Assembly: GCA_964016885.1 (NCBI GenBank)
Contig: OZ024741.1
Location: 94,984,001-95,048,000 of the forward strand
Length of the DNA: 64,000 bases
Direction of reading: 5' to 3'
Source: Eledone cirrhosa
Taxonomy: Eukaryota
Part shown: positions 53,701-64,000 of the stretch, piece after piece
How positions within the stretch are numbered: the stretch's first letter is position 1
Layout: each line of letters begins with the position of its first letter
Notes under the pieces: model-generated
What the model was told of the DNA's origin: nothing
Databases searched by the model: none
The model's input: the letters and a program-made list of their open reading frames with translations, nothing else
Position numbers and translations under genes: made by a program

Positions 53701-56700
53701 AGTGTCATTGGAGGTTTACTGTTAGATGTATGGGGCTAGTGTCATTGGAGGTTTACTGTTAGATGTATGGGACTAGTGTCATTGGAGGTTTACTGTTAGA
53801 TGTATGGGACTAGAGTCATTGGAGGTTTACTGTTAGATGTATGGGACTAGTGTCATTGGAGGTTTACTGTTAGATGTATGGGGCTAGTGTCATTGGAGGT
53901 TTACTGTTAGATGTATGGGACTAGTGTCATTGGAGGTTTACTGTTAGATGTATGGGACTAGAGTCATTGGAGGTTTACTGTTAGATGTATGGGGCTAGTG
54001 TCATTGGAGGTTTACTGTTAGATGTATGGGGCTAGTGTCATTGGAGGTTTACTGTTATATGTATGGGGCTAGTGTCATTGGAGGTTTACTGTTATATGTA
54101 TGGGGCTAGTGTCATTGGAGGTTTACTGTTAGATGTATGGGGCTAGTGTCATTGGAGGTTTACTGTTAGATGTATGGGGCTAGTGTCATTGGAGGTTTAC
54201 TGTTAGATGTATGGGGCTAGTGTCATTGGAGGTTTACTGTTAGATGTATGGGGCTAGTGTCATTGGAGGTTTGCTGTTAAATGTACGGAACCTGTGATCT
54301 TGGAGGTTTACTGTTATATGTATGGGACTAGTGACATTGGTGGTTTACTGTTAAATGTATGGGGCTAGTGTCATTGGAAGTTTACTGTTAGATGTATGGG
54401 GCTAGTGTCATTGGAGGTTTACTGTTAGATGTATGGGACTAGTGTCATTGGAGGTTTACTGTTAGATGTATGGGACTAGAGTCATTGGAGGTTTACTGTT
54501 AGATGTATGGGACTAGTGATCTTGGAGGTTTACTGTTAGATGTATGGGACTAGAGTCATTGGAGGTTTACTGTTAGCTGTATGGGACTAGTGTCATTGGA
54601 GGTTTACTGTTAGATGTATGGGACTAGAGTCATTGGAGGTTTACTGTTAGATGTATGGGGCTAGTGTCATTGGAGGTTTACTGTTAGATGTATGGGGCTA
54701 GTGTCATTGGAGGTTTACTGTTATATGTATGGGGCTAGTGTCATTGGAGGTTTACTGTTAGATGTATGGGGCTAGTGTCATTGGAGGTTTACTGTTAGAT
54801 GTATGGGGCTAGTGTCATTGGAGGTTTACTGTTAGATGTATGGGGCTAGTGTCATTGGAGGTTTACTGTTAAATGTATGGGGCTAGTGTCATTGGAGGTT
54901 TGCTGTTAAATGTACGGAACCTGTGATCTTGGAGGTTTACTGTTAGATGTATGGGACTAGTGTCATTGGAGGTTTACTGTTAGATGTATGGGGCTAGTGT
55001 CATTGGAGGTTTACTGTTAGATGTATGGGACTAGTGTCATTGGAGGTTTACTGTTAGATGTATGGGACTAGTGTCATTGGAGGTTTACTGTTAGATGTAT
55101 GGGACTAGTGTCATTGGAGGTTTACTGTTAGATGTATGGGGCTAGTGTCATTGGAGGTTTACTGTTAGATGTATGGGACTAGTGATCTTGGAGGTTTACT
55201 GTTAGATGTATGGGACTAGTGTCATTGGAGGTTTACTGTTAAATGTATGGGACTAGAGTCATTGGAGGTTTACTGTTAGATGTATGGGGCTAGTGTCATT
55301 GGAGGTTTACTGTTAGATGTATGGGACTAGTGTCATTGGAGGTTTACTGTTAGATGTATGGGACTAGTGTCATTGGAGGTTTACTGTTAGATGTATGGGA
55401 CTAGTGTCATTGGAGGTTTACTGTTAGATGTATGGGACTAGTGTCATTGGAGGTTTACTGTTAGATGTATGGGGCTAGTGTCATTGGAGGTTTACTGTTA
55501 GATGTATGGGACTAGTGATCTTGGAGGTTTACTGTTAGATGTATGGGACTAGTGTCATTGGAGGTTTACTGTTAGATGTATGGGGCTAGTGTCATTGGAG
55601 GTTTACTGTTAGATGTATGGGACTAGTGTCATTGGAGGTTTACTGTTAGATGTATGGGGCTAGTGTCATTGGAGGTTTACTGTTAGAACAATGGGGCTAG
55701 TGTCATTGGAGGTTTACTGTTAAATGTATGGGGCTAGTGTCATTGGAGGTTTACTGTTAGATGTATGGGGCTAGAGTCATTGGAGGTTTACTGTTAGATG
55801 TATTGGACTAGTGTCATTGGAGGTTTACTGTTAGATGTATGGGACTAGTGTCATTGGAGGTTTACTGTTAGATGTATGGGGCTAGTGTCATTGGAGGTTT
55901 ACTGTTATATGTATGGGGCTAGTGTCATTGGAGGTTTACTGTTAGATGTATGGGGCTAGTGTCATTGGAGGTTTACTGTTAGATGTATGGGACTAGTGTC
56001 ATTGGAGGTTTACTGTTAGATGTATGGGACTAGTGTCATTGGAGGTTTACTGTTAGATGTATGGGACTAGTGTCATTGGAGGTTTACTGTTAGATGTATG
56101 GGGCTAGTGTCATTGGAGGTTTACTGTTATATGTATGGGGCTAGTGTCATTGGAGGTTTACTGCTAGATGTATGGGGCTAGTGTCATTGGAGGTTTACTG
56201 TTAGATGTATGGGACTAGTGTCATTGGAGGTTTACTGTTAGATGTATGGGACTAGTGTCATTGGAGGTTTACTGTTAGATGTATGGGACTAGTGTCATTG
56301 GAGGTTTACTGTTAAATGTATGGGACTAGTGTCATTGGAGGTTTACTGTTAGATGTATGGGACTAGTGTCATTGGAGGTTTACTGTTAGATGTATGGGGC
56401 TAGTGTCATTGGAGGTTTACTGTTAGATGTATGGGACTAGTGTCATTGGAGGTTTACTGTTAGATGTATGGGACTAGTGTCATTGGAGGTTTACTGTTAG
56501 ATGTATGGGACTAGTGTCATTGGAGGTTTACTGTTAGATGTATGGGGCTAGTGTCATTGGAGGTTTACTGTTAGATGTATGGGACTAGTGATCTTGGAGG
56601 TTTACTGTTAGATGTATGGGACTAGTGTCATTGGAGGTTTACTGTTAGATGTATGGGACTAGTGTCATTGGAGGTTTACTGTTAAATGTATGGGACTAGT

Positions 56701-59700
56701 GTCATTGGAGGTTTACTGTTAGATGTATGGGGCTAGTGTCATTGGAGGTTTACTGTTAGATGTATGGGATTAGTGTCATTGGAGGTTTACTGTTAAATGT
56801 ATGGGACTAGTGTCATTGGAGGTTTACTGTTAGATGTATGGGACTAGTGTCATTGGAGGTTTACTGTTAGATGTATGGGACTAGTGTCATTGGAGGTTTA
56901 CTGTTAGATGTATGGGACTAGTGTCATTGGAGGTTTACTGTTAGATGTATGGGACTAGTGTCATTGGAGGTTTACTGTTAGATGTATGGGGCTAGTGTCA
57001 TTGGAGGTTTACTGTTAGATGTATGGTGCTAGTGTCATTGGAGGTTTACTGTTAAATGTATGGGACTAGTGTCATTGGAGGTTTACTGTTAGATGTATGG
57101 GGCTAATGTCATTGGAGGTTTACTGTTAGATGTATGGGACTAGTGTCATTGGAGGTTTACTGTTAAATGTATGGGACTAGTGTCATTGGAGGTTTACTGT
57201 TAGATGTATGGGACTAGTGTCATTGGAGGTTTACTGTTAGATGTATGGGACTAGTGTCATTGGAGGTTTACTGTTAGATGTATGGGACTAGTGTCATTGG
57301 AGGTTTACTGTTAGATGTATGGGGCTAGTGTCATTGGAGGTTTACTGTTAGATGTATGGGACTAGTGTCATTGGAGGTTTACTGTTAGCTGTATGGGACT
57401 AGTGTCATTGGAGGTTTACTGTTAGATGTATGGGACTAGTGTCATTGGAGGTTTACTGTTAGATGTATGGGACTAGAGTCATTGGAGGTTTACTGTTAGA
57501 TGTATGGGGCTAGTGTCATTGGAGGTTTACTGTTAGATGTATGGGGCTAGTGTCATTGGAGGTTTACTGTTATATGTATGGGGCTAGTGTCATTGGAGGT
57601 TTACTGTTAGATGTATGGGGCTAGTGTCATTGGAGGTTTACTGTTAGATGTATGGGGCTAGTGTCATTGGAGGTTTACTGTTAGATGTATGGGGCTAGTG
57701 TCATTGGAGGTTTACTGTTAAATGTATGGGGCTAGTGTCATTGGAGGTTTGCTGTTAAATGTACGGAACCTGTGATCTTGGAGGTTTACTGTTAGATGTA
57801 TGGGACTTGTGACATTGGTGGTTTACTGTTAAATGTATGGGGCTAGTGTCATTGGAAGTTTACTGTTAGATGTATGGGGCTAGTGTCATTGGAGGTTTAC
57901 TGTTAGATGTATGGGGCTAGTGTCATTGCAGGTTTACTGTTAGAGAACAATGGGGCTAGTGTCATTGGAGGTTTACTGTTAGATGTATGGGACTAGTGAT
58001 CGTGGAGGTTTACTGTTAGATGTATGGGGCTAGTGTCATTGGAGGTTTACTGTTAGATGTATGAGGCTAGTGTCATTGGAGGTTTACTGTAAAATGTATG
58101 GGTCTAGTGTCATTGAAGGTTTACTGTGAGATGTATGGGACTAGTGTCATTGGAGGTTTACTGTTAAATGTATGGGACTAGTGTCATTGGAGGTTTACTG
58201 TTAGATGTATGGGACTAGTGTCATTGGAGGTTTACCGTTAGATGTATGGGGCTAGTGTCATTGGAGGTTTACTGTTAGATGTATGGGGCTAGTGTCATTG
58301 GAGGTTTACTGTTAGATGTATGGGACTAGTGTCATTGGAGGTTTACTGTTAGATGTATGGGGCTAGTGTCATTGGAGGTTTACTGTTATATGTATGGGGC
58401 TAGTGTCATTGGAGGTTTACTGTTAGATGTATGGGGCTAGTGTCATTGGAGGTTTACTGTTAGATGTATGGGACTAGTGTCATTGGAGGTTTACTGTTAG
58501 ATGTATGGGACTAGTGTCATTGGAGGTTTACTGTTAGATGTATGGGACTAGTGTCATTGGAGGTTTACTGTTAAATGTATGGGACTAGTGTCATTGGAGG
58601 TTTACTGTTAGATGTATGGGACTAGTGTCATTGGAGGTTTACTGTTAGATGTATGGGGCTAGTGTCATTGGAGGTTTACTGTTAGATGTATGGGACTAGT
58701 GTCATTGGAGGTTTACTGTTAGATGTATGGGACTAGTGTCATTGGAGGTTTACTGTTAGATGTATGGGACTAGTGTCATTGGAGGTTTACTGTTAGATGT
58801 ATGGGGCTAGTGTCATTGGAGGTTTACTGTTAGATGTATGGGACTAGTGATCTTGGAGGTTTACTGTCAGATGTATGGGACTAGTGTCATTGGAGGTTTA
58901 CTGTTAGATGTATGGGACTAGTGTCATTGGAGGTTTACTGTTAAATGTATGGGACTAGTGTCATTGGAGGTTTACTGTTAGATGTATGGGGCTAGTGTCA
59001 TTGGAGGTTTACTGTTAGATGTATGGGATTAGTGTCATTGGAGGTTTACTGTTAAATGTATGGGACTAGTGTCATTGGAGGTTTACTGTTAGATGTATGG
59101 GACTAGTGTCATTGGAGGTTTACTGTTAGATGTATGGGACTAGTGTCATTGGAGGTTTACTGTTAGATGTATGGGACTAGTGTCATTGGAGGTTTACTGT
59201 TAGATGTATGGGACTAGTGTCATTGGAGGTTTACTGTTAGATGTATGGGGCTAGTGTCATTGGAGGTTTACTGTTAGATGTATGGGGCTAGTGTCATTGG
59301 AGGTTTACTGTTAAATGTATGGGACTAGTGTCATTGGAGGTTTACTGTTAGATGTATGGGGCTAATGTCATTGGAGGTTTACTGTTAGATGTATGGGACT
59401 AGTGTCATTGGAGGTTTACTGTTAAATGTATGGGACTAGTGTCATTGGAGGTTTACTGTTAGATGTATGGGACTAGTGTCATTGGAGGTTTACTGTTAGA
59501 TGTATGGGACTAGTGTCATTGGAGGTTTACTGTTAGATGTATGGGACTAGTGTCATTGGAGGTTTACTGTTAGATGTATGGGGCTAGTGTCATTGGAGGT
59601 TTACTGTTAGATGTATGGGACTAGTGTCATTGGAGGTTTACTGTTAGCTGTATGGGACTAGTGTCATTGGAGGTTTACTGTTAGATGTATGGGACTAGTG

Positions 59701-62700
59701 TCATTGGAGGTTTACTGTTAGATGTATGGGACTAGAGTCATTGGAGGTTTACTGTTAGATGTATGGGGCTAGTGTCATTGGAGGTTTACTGTTAGATGTA
59801 TGGGGCTAGTGTCATTGGAGGTTTACTGTTATATGTATGGGGCTAGTGTCATTGGAGGTTTACTGTTAGATGTATGGGGCTAGTGTCATTGGAGGTTTAC
59901 TGTTAGATGTATGGGGCTAGTGTCATTGGAGGTTTACTGTTAGATGTATGGGGCTAGTGTCATTGGAGGTTTACTGTTAAATGTATGGGGCTAGTGTCAT
60001 TGGAGGTTTGCTGTTAAATGTACGGAACCTGTGATCTTGGAGGTTTACTGTTAGATGTATGGGACTTGTGACATTGGTGGTTTACTGTTAAATGTATGGG
60101 GCTAGTGTCATTGGAAGTTTACTGTTAGATGTATGGGGCTAGTGTCATTGGAGGTTTACTGTTAGATGTATGGGGCTAGTGTCATTGCAGGTTTACTGTT
60201 AGAGAACAATGGGGCTAGTGTCATTGGAGGTTTACTGTTAGATGTATGGGACTAGTGATCGTGGAGGTTTACTGTTAGATGTATGGGGCTAGTGTCATTG
60301 GAGGTTTACTGTTAGATGTATGAGGCTAGTGTCATTGGAGGTTTACTGTAAAATGTATGGGTCTAGTGTCATTGAAGGTTTACTGTGAGATGTATGGGAC
60401 TAGTGTCATTGGAGGTTTACTGTTAAATGTATGGGACTAGTGTCATTGGAGGTTTACTGTTAGATGTATGGGACTAGTGTCATTGGAGGTTTACCGTTAG
60501 ATGTATGGGGCTAGTGTCATTGGAGGTTTACTGTTAGATGTATGGGGCTAGTGTCATTGGAGGTTTACTGTTAGATGTATGGGACTAGTGTCATTGGAGG
60601 TTTACTGTTAGATGTATGGGGCTAGTGTTATTGGAGGTTTACTGTTAGATGTATGGGAATAGTGTCATTGGAGGTTTACTGTTAGATGTATGGGACTAGT
60701 GTCATTGGAGGTTTACTGTTAGATGTATGGGACTAGTGTCATTGGAGGTTTACTGTTAGATGTATGGGACTAGTGTCATTGGAGGTTTACTATTAGATGT
60801 ATGGGACTAGTGTCATTGGAGGTTTACTGTTAGATGTATGGGACTAGTGTCATTGGAGGTTTACTGTTAGATGTATGGGACTACTGTCATTGGAGGTTTA
60901 CTGTTAGATGTATGGGACTAGTGTCATTGGAGGTTTACTGTTAGATGTATGGGACTAGTGTCATTGGAGGTTTACTGTTAGATGTATGGGACTAGTGTCA
61001 TTGGAGGTTTACTGTTAGATGTATGGGAGTAGTGTCATTGGAGGTTTACTGTTAGATGTATGGGGCTAGTGTCATTGGAGGTTTACTGTTAGATGTATGG
61101 GACTAGTGATCTTGGAGGTTTACTGTTAGATGTATGGGGCTAGTGTCATTGGAGGTTTACTGTTAGATGTATGGGACTAGTGTCATTGGAGGTTTACTGT
61201 TAGATGTATGGGGCTAGTGTCATTGGAGGTTTACTGTTAGATGTATGGGACTAGTGTCATTGGAGGTTTACTGTTAAATGTATGGGGCTAGTGTCATTGG
61301 AGGTTTACTGTTAGATGTATGGGACTAGTGTCATTGGAGGTTTACTGTTAGATGTATGGGACTAGTGTCATTGGAGGTTTACTGTTAGATGTATGGGGCT
61401 AGTGTCATTGGAGGTTTACTGTTAAATGTATGGGGCTAGTGTCATTGGAGGTTTACTGTTAAATGTATGGGACTAGTGTCATTGGAGGTTTACTGTTAAA
61501 TGTATGGGGCTAGTGTCATTGGAGGTTTACTGTTAGATGTATGGGACTAGTGTCATTGGAGGTTTACTGTTAGATGTATGGGACTAGTGTCATTGGAGGT
61601 TTACTGTTAGATGTATGGGGCTAGTGTCATTGGAGGTTTACTGTTAGATGTATGGGGCTAGTGTCATTGGAGGTTTACTGTTAGATGCATGGGAGTAGTG
61701 TCATTGGAGGTTTACTGTTAGATGTATGGGGCTAGTGTCATTGGAGGCTCACTGTTCGATGTATGGGGCTAGTGTCATTGGAGGTTTACTGTTAGATGTA
61801 TGGGGCTAGTGTCATTGGAGGTTTACTGTTAGATGTATGGGGCTAGTGTCATTGGAGGTTTACTGTTAGATGTATGGGACTAGTGTCATTGGAGGTTTAC
61901 TGTTAGATGTATGGGACTAGTGTCATTGGAGGTTTACTGTTCAATGTATGGGACTAGTGTCATTGGAGGTTTACTGTTAAATGTATGGGACTAGTGTCAT
62001 TGGAGGTTTACTGTTAGATGTATGGGACTAGTGTCATTGGAGGTTTACTGTTAGATGTATGGGAGTAGTGTCATTGGAGGTTTACTGTTAGATGTATGGG
62101 GCTAGTGTCATTGGAGGTTTACTGTTAGATGTATGGGACTAGTGTCATTGGAGGTTTACTGTTAAATGTATGGGACTAGTGTCATTGGAGGTTTACTGTT
62201 AGATGTATGGGACTAGTGTCATTGGAGGTTTACTGTTAGATGTATGTGACTAGTGTCATTGGAGGTTTACTGTTAGATGTATGGGGCTAGTGTCATTGGA
62301 GGTTTACTGTTAGATGTATGGGACTAGTGTCATTGGAGGTTTACTGTTAAATGTATGGGACTAGTGTCATTGGAGGTTTACTGTTAGATGTATGGGGCTA
62401 GTGTCATTGGAGGTTTACTGTTAGATGTATGGGATTAGTGTCATTGGAGGTTTACTGTTAAATGTATGGGACTAGTGTCATTGGAGGTTTACTGTTAGAT
62501 GTATGGGACTAGTGTCATTGGAGCTTTACTGTTAGATGTATGGGACTAGTGTCATTGGAGGTTTACTGTTAGATGTATGGGACTAGTGTCATTGGAGGTT
62601 TACTGTTAGATGTATGGGACTAGTGTCATTGGAGGTTTACTGTTAGATGTATGGGGCTAGTGTCATTGGAGGTTTACTGTTAGATGTATGGGGCTAGTGT

Positions 62701-64000
62701 CATTGGAGGTTTACTGTTAAATGTATGGGACTAGTGTCATTGGAGGTTTACTGTTAGATGTATGGGGCTAATGTCATTGGAGGTTTACTGTTAGATGTAT
62801 GGGACTAGTGTCATTGGAGGTTTACTGTTAAATGTATGGGACTAGTGTCATTGGAGGTTTACTGTTAGATGTATGGGACTAGTGTCATTGGAGGTTTACT
62901 GTTAGATGTATGGGACTAGTGTCATTGGAGGTTTACTGTTAGATGTATGGGGCTAGTGTCATTGGAGGTTTACTGTTAGATGTATGGGATTAGTGTCATT
63001 GGAGGTTTACTGTTAAATGTATGGGACTAGTGTCATTGGAGGTTTACTGTTAGATGTATGGGGCTAATGTCATTGGAGGTTTACTGTTAGATGTATGGGA
63101 CTAGTGTCATTGGAGGTTTACTGTTAGATGTATGTGACTAGTGTCATTGGAGGTTTACTGTTAGATGTATGGGGCTAGTGTCATTGGAGGTTTACTGTTA
63201 GATGTATGGGACTAGTGTCATTGGAGGTTTACTGTTAAATGTATGGGACTAGTGTCATTGGAGGTTTACTGTTAGATGTATGGGACTACTGTCATTGGAG
63301 GTTTACTGTTAGATGTATGGGACTAGTGTCATTGGAGGTTTACTGTTAGATGTATGGGACTAGTGTCATTGGAGGTTTACTGTTAGATGTATGGGACTAG
63401 TGTCATTGGAGGTTTACTGTTAGATGTATGGGAGTAGTGTCATTGGAGGTTTACTGTTAGATGTATGGGGCTAGTGTCATTGGAGGTTTACTGTTAGATG
63501 TATGGGACTAGTGATCTTGGAGGTTTACTGTTAGATGTATGGGGCTAGTGTCATTGGAGGTTTACTGTTAGATGTATGGGACTAGTGTCATTGGAGGTTT
63601 ACTGTTAGATGTATGGGGCTAGTGTCATTGGAGGTTTACTGTTAGATGTATGGGACTAGTGTCATTGGAGGTTTACTGTTAAATGTATGGGGCTAGTGTC
63701 ATTGGAGGTTTACTGTTAGATGTATGGGACTAGTGTCATTGGAGGTTTACTGTTAGATGTATGGGACTAGTGTCATTGGAGGTTTACTGTTAGATGTATG
63801 GGGCTAGTGTCATTGGAGGTTTACTGTTAAATGTATGGGGCTAGTGTCATTGGAGGTTTACTGTTAAATGTATGGGACTAGTGTCATTGGAGGTTAACTG
63901 TTAAATGTATGGGGCTAGTGTCATTGGAGGTTTACTGTTAGATGTATGGGACTAGTGTCATTGGAGGTTTACTGTTAGATGTATGGGACTAGTGTCATTG
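35757..64000. repeat. 37-bp tandem satellite, consensus GGAGGTTTACTGTTAGATGTATGGG(A/G)CTAGTGTCATT, ~760 units, runs off the window
   Basis: Head-to-tail units with no spacers and a small set of recurrent point variants. Confidence 0.99.

Noticed and set aside
35757-64000. CRISPR array (37-bp repeats)
   Set aside because: Units are head-to-tail with no unique spacers, there are no cas genes, and the context is eukaryotic.
35757-64000. Telomeric repeat or repetitive protein-coding exon
   Set aside because: The array is G/T-skewed but has no TTAGGG runs. The 37-bp period cycles through frames that contain stops, and the ORF track shows nothing here.

Overview
Eukaryotic, AT-rich, repeat-dominated DNA with no supportable host gene. 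The repeat families resemble those I associate with octopus/cephalopod genomes, but that is inference only. There are three zones. (1) 1-14.8 kb: a decayed RTE-clade LINE, then intron/intergenic-like sequence with RTE 3' tails, tRNA-derived SINEs and small MITEs. (2) ~14.8-33.85 kb: a ~19 kb nest in which most elements are bounded by interrupted (TA)n. It holds a Penelope-like element (RT + GIY-YIG, inverted 3' duplication, hammerhead-like motif), miniature fold-back Penelope-like insertions, five RTE copies, a CR1-like LINE and two tail-to-tail non-autonomous Helitrons. (3) 35.76 kb to the window end: an uninterrupted 37-bp satellite (~760 units) with variant domains and kb-scale block duplications. 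The most notable observations are fold-back mini-elements whose turning point falls in what looks like stem II of a half hammerhead ribozyme, a C4HC3 PHD-type finger inside the RTE reverse transcriptase, and strand-polar TT interruptions in the TA arrays that flip to AA within a local inverted duplication. Coordinates were read by eye and may be off by a few bases.
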